A DNA stretch of 64,000 nucleotides from Eledone cirrhosa (lineage: Eukaryota), in the NCBI GenBank assembly GCA_964016885.1, contig OZ024741.1:38936001-39000000 (forward strand). Direction: 5' to 3'. Below the pieces are notes generated by a model. The model was not told the DNA's origin, made no database searches, and saw nothing but the letters and a program-made list of their open reading frames with translations. This document shows, one piece after another, positions 27,725 to 44,174 of this stretch (its first letter is position 1; every line of letters starts with the position of its first letter). Position numbers and translations under genes: made by a program.

Positions 27725-28175
27725 TTCAAAATATTAACAAAATAGATATTCTTGTGATCAAGTATATTTTATTATACATATTTCAGAGATATTGCTGCCA
27801 TGTATTCTTTTAAGCTTTCTCACACGCGCCCTCTCTATTATATGTATTATATGTAGTTTTTTTCAGGTTTTCAATATTAAGGTATATAAATATTGAGTTT
27901 TGTCATATATTATTCACTACCATGACTGAATCGTAACCATCTACTATGTCAGGGTATATCATGGATCATCTTATTTTATCTGATGAGGACGTACTGTTGA
28001 AGTTAACTCAGTACCTCTGAAATATGTATAATAAAATATACTTGATCACAAGAATATCTATTTTGTTAATATTTTGAATTAATATTAATAACTCCGGAAA
28101 ACCACAACTGTTGAATGCTTCCAGTCTATTGTAAAACTCATTCTTTGATTTATTCATTGAACCTTGTTTAACCTT

Positions 28176-28178
<3 letters not shown>
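27721..28178 (+). mobile_element. Second copy of the 13292 family; hammerhead at 27972-28038, partial inverted arm at 27721-27788
   Basis: TATTTTAT-CTGATGAGGACGTACTG..CAGTACCTCT-GAAATATGTATA-ATAAAATA; (TA)n flanks. Confidence 0.8.
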
Positions 28179-28228
<50 letters not shown>

Positions 28229-28838
28229 ATGTAGGAAGTAGGAGAAAGAGAGAGAGACGGATAAATAGTGAATCGAATTTCAAAAATACGTCACCTTTAA
28301 TCTATCCACTACACTATTCTTTAATTCACGAGATTCACCAGTCTTCCCGCCGTCCATACACCTCTCTCTATCCCTCTCATTTTCTTTCTTTCATCCCCCT
28401 CTCATCTCTCTCTCTCTCTCTCTCACTCTCGAGTTTGAACAATTTCTGGTATTTCTTCATCCTTTCGTTACAGGTGGATGTACTTTGTACATTGGAAAGA
28501 ATCTAAGGGTATTTTTCGCTTGACGGATGATGAATGGCGAATGTTAGCCTTTGTCATGCACAAGTTTTCAAGTAATCATAATATTCTTTACAGCCTGTTA
28601 GTTGTAGTGATGGCTAGAAGCCTCCATTTTAAAAATACTTATATCATTCTCTGTTTCTCTGTATAACAACTCTAAAACAAGGACACGTATGCATATTGTG
28701 AATATCAGCATGAGTCTATGTAGATAAACATTTTCGGACATGTATATATACATTATATATATGTATATATATATATATAAAGAGAGAGAGAGAGATACAT
28801 ACATGCATACATATATATATATACATACACACACACAC

Positions 28839-28869
<31 letters not shown>

Positions 28870-28924
28870 CAGATGTGCATAAATAACGTGTTTACATACA
28901 TAAATTCCCAAACGCGGAACATAC

Positions 28925-29028
<104 letters not shown>

Positions 29029-29627
29029 ACATATACATACATATAGATAGGAAAAGTAAAAAGAGAACATATGCACATATACACATATACGCACATATAC
29101 GCACATATACACATATACGCACATTTATATATGCATATGTGGTTGGCTGTTATATGTATATGCGCACTTTCATGAATTCTTGTTTGAATTGGACAGATGT
29201 GTGTATATGTGCATATGCCTATTTATGTATCTGCTTAAGTTCATATACGTGCGTGTATGTGTGTACATCTGTGTGTTGGAATGTGTGTTTGTGTGCGAAT
29301 GTGTGCGTGCGTTTGAATGTATGTTTGAGGCGTGGGGAATGACTGTATGTGCATTGATATCCATGGTTTACTGAGAAATGTGTGAGTGTCTGTGAGAGGA
29401 AAACAGAAACTAGGGAAAGAGAGGGAGATATTGGCAGACTAGTGGACATAAAGGGAGTGACGTAAGAGTGAAAGGGAGATGGAATTAGAGAAAGAAGAGA
29501 GGAGTGGAGAGGAAGAGAGTGAGAGAGAGACAGAGAGAGAATGAGGAGAATGAAAAGCGATAGAGAGTAGATTGTCTTAATGGTTAGTGGAAATGATAGG
29601 AAGAAATAGAACAACCAGAGGAATGGG

Positions 29628-30272
29628 GGTATGTATGTATGTATGTATGTATGTATGTATGTATGTATGTATGTATGTTATCTCTTTTAATTTCGAGTAT
29701 ATTTTTTTGACCGGCCACATTCCTGGTGGCAAGGTTGTATGTATGTTGTATGTATGTATGTTGTATGTATGTATGCATGTTGTATGTATGTATGTATGTA
29801 TGTATGTATGTATGTACGTATGTATGTTGTATGTATGTATGTATGCATGTATGTATGTATGTATGTTGTATGTATGTATGCATGCATGTTGTATGTATGT
29901 ATGCATATTGTATGTATGTATGTATGTATGTATGTATGCTGTATGTATGTATGTATGTATGTATGTATGTATGTATGTATGTATGTATGCATGTTGTATG
30001 TATGTTGTATGTATGTATGTATGCAGGTTGTATGTATGTATGCATGTATGTTGTATGTATGTATGTATGTATGTATGTATGTATGCATGTTGTATGTATG
30101 TATTATGTATGTTGTATGTATGTATGTATGTATGTATGCATGCATGCATGTATGTATGTATGTATGTATGCTGTATGTATGTATGTATGCATGTATGTAT
30201 GTATGCATGTATGTATGTATGTATGCATGTATGTATGTATGTATGTATGTATGTATGTATGTATGTATGTAT
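29628..30272. repeat. Long variant (ATGT)n array
   Basis: Direct reading. Confidence 0.95.
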
Positions 30273-30412
30273 GTCACAGGTGTAGTGTTTGTACCAGAGT
30301 TTTCAAGTCGCTGGCTGGACTAAAAAGTCACACTCGTTCAGCGCATCGGTAGTGGTTCTCCTAGATGGATATAATGTAGTGGCCGTACTCGAAAACGAGT
30401 TGGCAGCCAGCA
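30273..30412 (+). mobile_element. 5'-truncated copy of the RTE zinc-finger-tail element in (ATGT)n
   Basis: CHRCSVCTRVFKSLAGLKSHTRSAHR*; same 3' terminus as the copies ending at 9019 and 39185. Confidence 0.8.
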
Positions 30413-30657
30413 TGTATGTATGTATGTATGTATGTATGTATGTATGTATGTATGTATGTATATAGGTATGTGTATGTATTTATGTATCTATGTATTTATG
30501 TATGTACTGTATGTATAGAGGTATGTGTATGTATTTATGTATGTATCTTTGTATTTATGTATGTAGGTATATATGTATGTACTGTATGTATGTTTATAGG
30601 TATGTGTATATATGTATGTATGTATTCTAATATATATATATATATACATATACATAC

Positions 30658-30803
<146 letters not shown>

Positions 30804-30834
30804 GTGGAGAAAGAGAGGGAATGAGGGGTTAGAC

Positions 30835-30876
<42 letters not shown>

Positions 30877-31010
30877 GAAAATCAACAAGAAAACATGTAG
30901 GAAGAAGAGAGAAAAGCGGGAAGATATACACAGAGACAGAGAGTGAGGGACCTTGTGAGAGATATCACATGAAGAGAAAGAGGAAAAGAAGAAAACGAAC
31001 CTGAAAGACA

Positions 31011-31070
<60 letters not shown>

Positions 31071-31543
31071 GTGAAAGAGAGAGACTAGTATAGCGTTAGA
31101 ATCAGAGTCATGGGTTGTTTGTTGAAAAATCTGCAAGTTCTTTGCAATAGAAGAGGCGGCTATGAGATGCATTGAAGCGAAACTAAAAGATCGGCATGCA
31201 GAAAATTACTTTCACAGCGGTCGAAAGATAATTTGATTAGCCAGGGAGTAATAAGTCAAACTAGCAACATGCCATATGCACATGGTTTGCTCAAGTCTTG
31301 TTCTTGTCTATTCACTCACTGCTGTTTCTTCTACAGGTTCACGTTTACTTCTATCCACCTGCATTCAGTTAGAAAATGTTTTGATAGTCGCAAGCTGGAT
31401 AGTGGATAGAGAGAACAAGGGTTAGGGAGAACGAACAGAAAGAGAGACAGTTGGATGGAGAGATGGATATGTCTATAACACTCACATATGCATACATACA
31501 TATACACACACAGCCATATTCGTGCGTATATATATATATATAT

Positions 31544-31741
31544 AGGAAAAAGTATGACCCCGACGGCAGAGCTCAAGCCGTTTCGACGGCTATTTCTGGA
31601 CTCTCAGTCCAGAAATAGCTGTCGAAACGGCTTGAGCTCTGCCGTCGGGGTCATATTTTTTCCTATTTCCCACACTACTACTCTAAGTATTGAGTACTCT
31701 GGTGCGTTATGGTCCATCTGGTCCCTTACCACAATTCCTTC

Positions 31742-31746
<5 letters not shown>
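31544..31746 (+). mobile_element. ~190-bp fold-back element, copy E
   Basis: Inverted repeat 31544-31664 plus the conserved tail; (TA)n flanks. Confidence 0.9.
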
Positions 31747-31806
<60 letters not shown>

Positions 31807-34230
31807 AGAGAGAGAAAGTAGGAGAGAGAAAGAGAATGAGAGATATGTATACATATACACATAAATGTATAAGCGTAAATATATATATATATACACACAT
31901 ACATATATATGTGGGTCTATGTATGTGTGTGTGGGTGTATGTGTGTTTGTGTGCGTGCACGTGCGTTTATATATATATATATATATATATAAGAAAAAAC
32001 AATGAATGCTAAAGCATTTCTTGATATATAATCATGGGCTGTTAAACGTCCGCATCTCAAGCAATATGTAATTCTCGGTTATTCTCTTTCTGCAGTAAAC
32101 CAATTTGCACACCCACAGACACACACAAACCACAAAATACCTGGTCAATTTCTAGCTATTAAACGTTTATCACCATGTTGCTGCCCTCAATTTTGCTGTG
32201 TTTGCTGTAATGGTTTCAAGATTAATGGAGGAAAAAGTACGGGGGTTAACCCAATGGCGTGGAAGATGTTCTAAGTGGTATCATTTTACGCCCGTCTTTT
32301 TCCTACTTCCACGTTTTGATGGGAGTCTTGATCTCATCCCGGTTTCGTGGGCTTTATGTAACTCAGTGTATAAGACTCACTTCTGGAAGCTCCACCCAAA
32401 CTATCGCAGGGATAGCCCCACCACCAAGCTGACACTCATTTATAATATTAGTTTTCAGGTGAATGAACTGAAGCAATGTGAAATAAAATGCCTTGCTCTA
32501 CCACACAACACCTTACCCAATTTGAGAATCGAACCCACGGTTTTGTGATCATGAGCCCAGCATTCTAACAACTAAGCCATATAATTTCGAGTTTGTTGTA
32601 TATATCATACAAGAAGGAAGAGATATGAACTTACGTCTCTTCGTTTTGGAACCATATACTTTATAAACTTGGTTATTAGAAATTCCACATGAAAGCACCA
32701 TCTCGTAGAATGATATGCCTATCAATGAAGGCACGTATTATGATGTAATTTGATTACAATTCTCAGCTTTCTTTTTATTATTTTTCTCTTATCTTCTTTA
32801 CTTTAGTTTTATTCTGTCTCATCTACTTTTTTCCTCCTTCCTTCCTGCATTCTTTCTCTTCTTGTGTCTATAGTAATTTATACTATAAACACAAGGCTAG
32901 TAGCATTTTGGGGAAGGGAAAGTCGATTAGATCTACCCAAATACTTTACTGGTATTTTATATATCGACCCTGGGTGGATAAAAGGCAAGGATGTCTTGTG
33001 CGGGATTTGAATTGAATAAAGTACAGTAACTAAATGTTACAAAGTATTTTTCCGATCCTACTAATACTGTCAATCCACCGCATTCTTTTTCCAAAATAAT
33101 GATTTTTTCTAAAATAATTTACATGTATATATCCTCTATGAAAATGTCAGCTTTACTACCATCATAAATGAAACATTGGAAATAAAAAGCAAGTGTTACG
33201 ATCAATATAATTACATTAGCAACGACAAATGTACGTAGACATATTGTTACCATGAATGTTGTATATAGATACATGTTACCAAATTCAGTTCGTTGAAATC
33301 TATCTACACAGACAACTAGAATATCATACATTCTTTTACTTAAGGACTGTTTTGTCTAAATATGCTAATTATATTGGGATATCTCAAACCAATTTTTAAA
33401 TGCAAATGTTCCCCTTTTACTTGTTATCCATATATTGCGATTTCGCCCTGAATCCTATGTATGGGAATCCCTTAAAACTGCTATATCTACAGACCAAACC
33501 TTTTCTAGTAGCGATGAGTTCACAAAGTCTTGTGCATAGTTTGGATTTAAAAGACATAAACATTAAAATATTGGATGGTGATCGTCGTGGTATTGTTGGT
33601 AGTATTATAAAAGAGCACAAGTTGAAATGAGTGCGTAACCTAATGCAGATAATTTGATTCAAGTATCCTGAACTGGCTATATGGAGAAAAGAAAAAATAT
33701 CACCTGGCAAAGCACTGAAATTGTGCACCATCAATACACCCCAAGAGCTAAGTTTCGGTATCAAACTGATTAACTCTGCACGCGCCTTAAACCAGAACTG
33801 CCTGCTGTTCTGTTATACAAGAGATTATGTGATGTTCATGCTTTTCTTAATAGTATTATCAGTGCAAGGTAGACTTTTTGTTGTTGAATTTTTGTTCAAC
33901 TGAAAAATGAAACCACCTCACCAGATAACTATATGTCACTGCTAATATCGATCGGAACACTTAGTTTTTCTTTCTGTAAGGAAAATAGTGATGATATGGT
34001 TTCATTGCTATAACATTTTCCGAAGGCCCGAAGACTTCGGAGAGTGGGAACGCATCAAAGTGTTATCTAAAAGATACGTATGTCAGATCAGCAAACTTGT
34101 CGTGTTTGAGAGAGCGAAACCCTAAGGCCAATCAAATATCTTATCTCGTACCTGACAGAATACACACACAGGCACACACAAGCGCGCACACACACACACA
34201 CACATATGTGCATATATATATACATGTGTT

Positions 34231-34320
<90 letters not shown>

Positions 34321-34402
34321 AATACATACATATACATATACATATACCTATACATACATATATATATATAATGTACATATATATATATATATATATATAA
34401 TG

Positions 34403-34460
<58 letters not shown>

Positions 34461-34567
34461 TATACATATATATATATATACATATACATATATATACATA
34501 TATATATATACATATACATATATATACATATATACATATAATTATATGTATATATATATATATATTT

Positions 34568-34605
<38 letters not shown>

Positions 34606-34652
34606 GTATATATATATATGTATATATATATATGTATATATATATATATGTG

Positions 34653-34683
<31 letters not shown>

Positions 34684-34684
34684 G

Positions 34685-34816
<132 letters not shown>

Positions 34817-34823
34817 TTATATG

Positions 34824-34855
<32 letters not shown>

Positions 34856-35023
34856 TTGTTGCACATGCAGCTAATCAGCCTATAATACGAGCAGTACTAC
34901 GTGTGATGTTAATATTAGTTGTAATCTCTTTAATCATAAGTTGGACTCTTGTAGCAAAGAGATAACACATCTATTTCTGTAGGGCACGCTGAAATTCCTC
35001 TGTCTTCTTTTTATATTGTATAT

Positions 35024-35054
<31 letters not shown>

Positions 35055-35300
35055 TTTGTTTATTTGTTTATTTATTTATTTGTTTATTTATTTATTTATT
35101 TATTTATTTGTTTGTTTGTTTATTTGTTTGTTTATGCAAATACATGATCGTTGACAATACAATATTTTACTGTTGTCCGTAACTGAAGTGTTAAAATATA
35201 GTTTATTTATCAAAGTTATAATTTTCTTTTTCAGATTTCTAACCTACGGCGGATATTGTTTTCGCTCCTGATCTTTTATACATATGTGAATGACTGTGTG

Positions 35301-35438
<138 letters not shown>

Positions 35439-35880
35439 TATATATATATTGAGTATATATTGGTTGTATACCAACACCTCAGTATGCAGATTGGAGAACT
35501 CGACGAAGTGCGCAGGTTGGTTTGGTTACTCCGGAGTAATGTAAAATAAAATGATTCCAGTTCCTCAGTGAAATAACAACCCAACCAGGAACTGGGCATA
35601 TCAGAGTATTGATAAAGTTATACACCTCAACAACATGTGTACTCGTCTCTACCACACTAATTCGGACTGCCTAAAGAGGTCACAGCCAAAGATGGCTGTC
35701 ACCGAAATATATATAGCAGTAATAAACGAAGCCAAATTTTAAACATTTGATTTATTGATTTTATTTTATTTTATTTTATATATATATATATAGAGAGATA
35801 GATAGATATAGATATATATATACGATTATTCATATATATAAATCTGTATATATATATATATGTATATGTATATATATGTC

Positions 35881-35971
<91 letters not shown>

Positions 35972-36661
35972 ATATGTTTGTATATATATATATATGACTG
36001 AATCGAATTTCGGCGGGTAGAAATAAGCGAAACGCAATTTTCGATTTGTGTTGGCAAGCGCTCCATGGACCAAAAGAGACCAGAGCAATAAACGTATGCT
36101 ATAAAGGCCATACAAACTGAGACGGCGGTTAAGAAGCTATCAACCACCTAAGCCCCCCAAAAAACGAAGCAAGCTAAACGGGTCAAACAAACTAAATAAA
36201 TGAAATATTTCCCCGGACCCCCGGAAATGATGGTATAGTCCAGTATAGGGTATCTGCGACACCTAAATCAATAATACTGTCTGCTTAAAAAAATAAGCTT
36301 TTGGTATAATGATCGAACAAGGATATCACTTTCTCAACAAGTATTTTGTTCTGCACCAACGTTGTGAATCTCACAGTGTTTTGAAAGCACATGTGTAACT
36401 CTACGGGGGAGAAAACCCCAAATTTTGGCAAATGAATTTTGCAAAATTTGCAAAAACACCTCAAATTGAATTAAGCTTTCGACCGGGTAGTTTTTAAAAT
36501 AAACTTAAGCAATTAATCAGTCAATAGAATTATCTAAAAAAAATTAACTGGTTAATGGTTAGACTCGGGAGATTAATACAAATATAAATTCAGTGAGAAT
36601 CGTATTTCGTTGGGTGAATATATATTTTTTTCTTCCTGATAATCGTCTTTTTCTACCTATT

Positions 36662-36762
<101 letters not shown>

Positions 36763-37345
36763 TAAAAAATCAAGTCATTAGAAACATAGAAACATACTTC
36801 ACTGCTTTACGATCGTTTCTAGGTGATGGTAATACATCGTAACTATACTTCGTTATCGATCTATGTAAGGTTAGTTACAAAATATCAGATAAGGAGAATA
36901 TTTACTTACATGCATATCACCAGCTGTTGTCAAAAGCAATAACAATTTTATTCAAAATTAGTAGTAAATTAGTATTATGTTTAGTTCTATGACCTGATTT
37001 GGAGGTAGCTGAAGAACTAACCAATCAGATTGTTTTTTTCCATATGATGTTAAGATGAAAATAATTCACTTTAGTTGAGGTCATGACCCTTTGAAAGGAA
37101 TGGTTGAATGGTGTTAATAATAGAATTGCTATAAAAAATCTATTAGGAAGAAAGGGATTGTCAAATTGATAGTTGAATGTATATGGTATAGTGAAGTTTA
37201 AAAGGAATGTAAAAGTTAAATGTTGAGTTGTGTTGTATGGAGTTTTTAGGTGAATATAAATTGAGGTCATGACTAGGAAAGATAATATATTAAAAGATGA
37301 AAATTATAATAAGATAATGAAATACAGTAATACAATAATATAATA

Positions 37346-37518
37346 TAATTGTTTCTACTTTCGGCACAAGGCCAGCAATAAACCAGTGTATTACTGGTAC
37401 TTTATTTTATCAACCCCGTTCACGTTGGCGGGATTTGAACTCAGAATGGCAAGGGCCGTAACTCTATGCGTCAAAGCATGGCGTCCGACCCTCTACCGAT
37501 ACTGCCGATCCACCGCCC
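37346..37518 (-). mobile_element. tRNA-derived SINE (same family as 23611)
   Basis: Reverse-complement match to the 23611 family with a short internal deletion. Confidence 0.78.
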
Positions 37519-37954
37519 TTATACAATAATATAATATAATGTAACACAATAAAGTATGGTGTGGTAAATTGTACTTAGTACAATACAGCGTACGATACGC
37601 CTTAAAATACATTCAAGTATGTCTATGTATAAATAATGAAAGTCAGATAAATGCATGTTGACATAGTCAAAACGCATAAATTTCATAGATCACAAAGTGC
37701 ATATACCCATATTATAGATAGAGGTATAGTTATATTGATACTCAATTAAAAATATACATACGCATAAATAGATGCAAACATATACATACATCTACGCATA
37801 TGCACACAATCATATACACATATATTTATATATATATATATTTACATATACACACCTATACACACACATATATATATGTATGTACACACACATACATGTA
37901 CACACACACACATATAAACACTCATACACATATACTCGCATACACATATACTCG

Positions 37955-38086
<132 letters not shown>

Positions 38087-38107
38087 CATATATATATATA
38101 TTCAGAC

Positions 38108-38151
<44 letters not shown>

Positions 38152-38584
38152 ACATGTCTGAATATATATATATATGTATGTATATATATACACACATATA
38201 TATATATATATATATACATATATATGTGTGTGTGTGTGTGTCTGTGTATTTATTTACATTTGCATATGTATGGATGATTCGTAAGTTAACAGCTATTCAG
38301 AGATCTAAGATATAAGATACAGATTAAATTTATGGCAATTTAGCTATGTATGTCTATTTGATTTAATAAAATATTCGACTTTCATAAAACTGTTATTATT
38401 TATATTTCTGCTCAAATAAATCCACTACAACTCGTTACGAGAGACACAAGTCATCTCATTTACTTATGTATCGGTATTGATAGCTACAATTTTATCTGTC
38501 TGTCCCTTCTCCCTCTTTCTCTATGTATGTATGTATGTATGTATGTATGTATGTATGTATGTATGTATGTATGTATGTATGTAT

Positions 38585-39185
38585 GGTCACCAGTTGGTGC
38601 TACTGGTAACATGTATCCCAGTACAACCTGTCCCATGGTCGGGTCGTTGGCGACTAAACTGGCAACTCCACCAAGGTTTCTTGATGAGGAGGGTGACTTT
38701 GGACATCCTGCAGGACTAAAAACAAAACCTGTCAAAGGGCAAAGGAGCTCTTAAGAGTCAATGACCATTCAAAATCACTGGGAGAGATGACCCCCTTAGC
38801 CATTGTCAAGGCAGAATTCTAGAAGGAAAACTCTGATATAACACCTGCAACGCTGATGGTATCCAATGATGTTGACTTGTTCTTCTTTTTGGTAAATATC
38901 ATCTTGGTTAAGAGAGTGGACTGGCTTTGTGCAGTACCTTTGCTCACTATAAAAGCTTCATGGCACAGGCATTGCTTTATATCTGGAGATCTCTCTACAC
39001 TTGTCGTCACATGGTACCATGGGCCCTGCACTATGTGTCAATAATTGTCACAGGTGTAGTGTTTGTACCAGAGTTTTCAAGTCGTTGGCTGGACTAAAAA
39101 GTCACACTTGTTCAGCGCATCGGTAGGGTTTCTCCTACATGGATATAAAGTAGTGGCCGTACTCGAAAACGAGTTGGCAGCTACC
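38585..39185 (+). mobile_element. Non-autonomous RTE-derived element in (ATGT)n, copy 2
   Basis: Colinear with 8409-9019, same termini. Confidence 0.82.
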
Positions 39186-40635
39186 ATGTATGTATGTATG
39201 TATGTATGTATGTATGTATGTATGTATGTATGTATGTATGTATGTATGTATGTATGTATGTGTGTGTATGTATATATGTGAGTATGTATGTGAGTATTTA
39301 TGTATGTATGCATGCATGTCTGTATGCATATACGTTTTTATGTATGTATGTACGTATGTATGTATGTATCTATGTATGTATGCATGTATGATTGTATGTA
39401 TGTATGTAAATGAGACCGTTGATTACCCTTACCCGTAAACGAAACTCTCCGATTGCCTCAACTCGCAAATCAAACGCCCTGAAAATATAGTAAACCTGCT
39501 TTCATAAGCCTTCTAACCCAACCACGCCCTGCAATTCCGATTTTGAAAACCAGGCATGGACTGCACTAGTTACGAAATGGGGATGACAGATGTTATCAAG
39601 CTTCATCTGTTATATTACGTGGTTTCTGTATAATAAAACTATTATTATCTGCAGTGACTTCAACCACATTATGTAACACGCCGAGTTCCACCCTTTCCAT
39701 ACGTATCTCAAATACAAACTCCCCCAAACTAACCACCGACTCAAAATAAACCTTAAAACATTTAGTCTAATATCTTAATGCCGGGCACCGGGAAGCTTTC
39801 GTCAGAAAAACTATATCTCATACAACACAAAAACAAAGTGAAACTATTATTGAAATGAACGCAATGGTTAAAGGATGAATATTACATAAATACAATATCC
39901 AAAAGCAATATAAATTCAAACACATACTTCAAACCACATTCTAGAGAAACACATGTATGTATGTATGTATGTATGACCTTAAGCGTGCGCCTGCGCGTGT
40001 ATGTGTGTGTATGTGTGCAGGTATGTATGTATATAGGAATGTATGTGTAAAAATTTCTCACCGAATTCTGACGATGTGTTTGATCAAACATATGGTCTAC
40101 TCAAGAAGTTAACGTATAAGTGCTGTGTATTTCTCACACAGGTGCACCCTTAACACACTTTTCAGGTATATTCGGTGTGACACGGTGAATGACAATGCTG
40201 GTCCTTCGACGGTCATTTAAAGAGTTTTCCGTCTACCACATTTCCATCGCAACGCTTGAATTGACCAGACGCTATGGTAAAAACAAAACACTTGCCTAAG
40301 ACGCCAATCTGTGTGATTGAACGTAAAACCTTATAATTGTAAAATAATCATTTTAAACATTTGATTACACCCGAGTCTATCTAATAGCTAGAATATATGT
40401 CCGTTTGTCTGTATGCTTGTTTGTTTAGCTATTTGCTTGTCTATCTTTCAACCTATTTGCGTATCTGTAATTTCTAGAGGTCTGAATATATGTCTACCTG
40501 TGTGCCTCTCTCCCTGGCTGTCTCTCAATCTCTCTATGTATGTCAATTTATCCGTCTGATTGTCTGTCTGTATATGAATCTGCTTTTTTTCCCTGGCTGC
40601 TTGTCAATTTGTGTAAATGTCTAACTGTCTATCTG

Positions 40636-43290
40636 ATCACAAAGGCTGCGTGGTTAGAAGTAAATCACGTGCTGTAGGAAACGAGGGAGCAAAAGCTGTT
40701 AGCTGGGCTCGAGTGGCGGAAGCGAAAAGTGGCAACAAGTCCACGATTCAGTCTTTGAAAGACCAAAACGGATGCGTGCTACTTGACCCCAGGCATATGT
40801 GCGCAGCCTTTCAGCGGCACTTTGCGCGACTGTTTGAGCAGAACGACGGTGCACCGAACGGGGCAATGGACTTTGGTTCATACCTCGACGGCCTGACGCG
40901 TCTCTCGAGCATGGACGCAGAGTTCTGCGAAAGACCGATCACAGCCACTGAGATACGGAACGCTCTGGGCCGCTGCGGGAAACGCAAATCACCCGGTCTA
41001 GATGGTCTACCCTTGGAGTTTTACATAGGCATGCCGGACTTGTTCTCTGGCGTCCTCGAAGCCGTCTACTGCAATTGGCAGCAGAACGGGACAATTCCCA
41101 GTTTTGCAGGCAAGGGCGTAGTAACGCTGATCAGGAAAGACGAGAACAGGGGGTAGGTGGGGACGAAATAAACAATTTCAGGCCCATAATTCTGCTCAAC
41201 ACAGAGTTAAAGATTTTGGCCAAGGTGCTAGCAACGAGGCTGGCTGGCACTTGTCGTTGACAACCTGGCAGGGAAAGGGCAAACGTGTGCAATCCCGACC
41301 AGGTCCATACACGAAAACCTCCACCTCAGGCGATACATCATACAGAGGGTGGGGTGTAAACCCGGCTTCGGTGGGGCTCTGATCAATTTAGATCAGTCTA
41401 AGGCATTCGATAGAGTCGACCATCGATACTTGAAAGCGCTTCTCAAGGCGGCCGGCTTCGGTCCCGTTTTTAAGGGCTGGATCAAGGCGATGCGCACCAG
41501 CATCTGCTCGAGGGTCAAGGTGAACGGCTACCTATTGGAGTCGTTCGCAATCACGCGTTCCATTCGACAGGGATGCCCTCTCTCCTCCATTCTGTACGTA
41601 TTGACTCTAGAGCCACTACTGCGGAAGTTGGAGCTTTTGCAGGGCATCCCTTTAGAAACGGGACTGCGAAAAGCGGCATCGGCTTATGCCGACGACGTGA
41701 CGGTAATGGTGTCGAAAACCTCGGAAATCAAGGTAATCGGCAACCTACTACAGGAATACGATAGGTTCACAGGAGCAAAACTGAACCCGGATAAGTCTGT
41801 CGGTTTTCAACTCGGAACGTGGAGAGGCAAACCGATGCCGTCCGACAGCGTCGTCGGACGCTGGACGGAAGGACCGGTGAAATTGCTCGGTCCAGACCTC
41901 CAAGTGGAGAAAAACTGGAACGAGGTCATGGCCAAGGTATTTGCGCTCACCCAGAAGTGGACAGAATGCAAACTGTATTTGAAAGGTCGAGCAGAGGGGG
42001 TGAACACTTTCATAGCGTCTGTCATCTACTACCGCTTGACTGTCGTGCCTTGTCCCCGTGAATACCTCGCCAAGATGGAACGCATGCTCTTCCAGTTCCT
42101 GTGGAAGAAGCAGGCTCCACTGGTGATGAGATCCGTCTGCTGTCAACACCCTTCCAGCGGAGGGCTGGGCATGCCATGGCTAATGATGCGCAAACATGCG
42201 CTGAGGCTACGGCATCTCCAGGTACTCCTCACCGACCAACCGATGGGGGCACCGTTTGTGAGAGAGGCCTTCCCACAACTTGTCTGGCTGACGGAGCTGC
42301 AGTCCTAGGTGAAGTGAAGACCGAAGAAGATGGGCGCCTGGCACATTGAATGCGCCCAGGCGCTCACAGTCTTCTGTCAAGCGGCCACAGAAATCAGTGG
42401 AGACTGCACTTCGAAATTCTATAGAGGGTTAGTACTTTACAAGTGCGACGACGTGCTCGGGGAGACTCTAGGCGTCGAAGACGACGAGCTCACCCGTCTG
42501 TTCGGTAGGACTTACCACCCGGGACCTATGGACAACTTCCAGAGATCCCTGGCCTGGCAGTGCTACCGAAGAGCTCTACCCGTTCGAGATAAGATCTACA
42601 GGCACGGACGCCCCGGCAGGGATCCTTCCAAGAGGATGTGTCCAAGATGCGAGCAGGACATTGAAACCGTCTTGCACGCAATTGTACACAGCCCGGGCGT
42701 AAGCGACCTGTGGAACTATGCAGAACAACTGTTGTCGCGTATGGGACAAATCCAGTTGATTGTCGAGTCCATAGTAACGATCAAACCGCCAGCCTCTTTC
42801 AAAAACGAAAGAGATGCGGTTTTCCTCTGTACAGTGGCTATGGTGAAAGTGGTTATATGGTGGACAAGATTGAGAGGACTGAGGACAGATGCCTTTCTCT
42901 CCGGACAACAATTGATTCCCTTCTTTAAGTATCACTTTAGAAGGAGAATCAGAGTGGAGAGAGAGGCACTGCACCCCAGTAAATTTACTGAAAGGTGGGT
43001 GAATGAGGCAAAAAGGGCCCGAGTGATTGGGCCTTCTCTGTTTATAAGCCTGTAGGTTAAAGAAGAGAGCAAAAGGAAGAAGGGAGCACTTGCACAACAC
43101 GCTCCTGAAGTTGAGGGTTGTTCTATCGACGGGGTATTAAACAACCCTTTTGTGGCGCTTCCCCCCTATTGGGGATTTAGATTGTTGTAATTGGTTGTTT
43201 CAATATTTTTACATGACTGTATGTAAAATCCCCGGCATGTGTCTTTGTATTGTCCCCTTCTCTTGTGCGCCCTTGTGGCAAATAAAGAAA
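40636..43290 (+). mobile_element. 5'-truncated Tx1-clade element (RT, C-terminal Zn motif, 3' UTR)
   Basis: DQSKAFDRVDH, IRQGCPLS, YADD, CPRC..ETVLH; several stops and frameshifts; ends GTGGCAAATAAAGAAA. Confidence 0.92.
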
Positions 43291-43539
43291 TATATCCGAT
43301 TACCTGTATATTTACTTGAGCTGTTTATCATGGTACTTCTCTATTGAACAGCTTGTCTATATGTCTAGCTATCTGTCAACATAAATATATGTCTAGCTAT
43401 CTGTCATCACTGACTCTCTGTCAGCATGTTTGTCTTCATGCCCGCTTATTTATCTATCTTCACGCCTATCTGCCTATCTTTTATCTGCCTAAACCTGCCT
43501 GTCTATTTAGATCCCTGCCTGTCTATCTATCTGTTTATT

Positions 43540-44156
43540 CAGCAAGAAACCGTCGCGCACGCATTTGTACACTGCACGGGCGTTACCGACCTGTGGGGCT
43601 ATGTAGAACGACTATTGTCGCGGGTGGGACCAATCCAGTTGACCACCGAGTCCATTGTCATAATCAAACCGCCACCCTCCTTCAAAAACGAGGGAAAGGC
43701 GGTTTTCCTATGTGTTATGGCTATGGTGAAAGAGGTTATATGGTGGACGAGATTAAAAGGGCTGAGGTCAGACACCTTTCTCTCCGGCGAACAACTGATT
43801 CGTTTTTTCAAATATCATTTTGGAAGAAGAATCAGGATAGAGAGAGGTGCTGTACCCCAGCAAATTTTATAAAAGCTGGGTGAATGTGGCAAAGATGGCC
43901 CGAGTGGTTGGGCCTTCTCTCTATATAAGCCTGTAGGTTGAGGAAAAAGAGGAAGAGAGGAAGGGAGTACTCACTCTTGGTGCTACTGGAGATGAGGGTT
44001 GTACATTTTTTCGGGGTGTGTACAACCCCTGTGTAACACCTCCCCCCCCTATTGGGGATTTCAATTGTTATTTGTTATTGTATTAACAGTTTTATTTTCA
44101 TATACCTGTATGTAAACTCCCCATTTGCATTTGTCCCCTTGTGGCTAATAAAGAAA
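43540..44156 (+). mobile_element. Tx1 3' fragment
   Basis: ETVAHAFVHC..IWWTRLKGL; ends AATAAAGAAA then (TATC)n. Confidence 0.88.
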
Positions 44157-44174
44157 TTTATCTATCTATCTATC

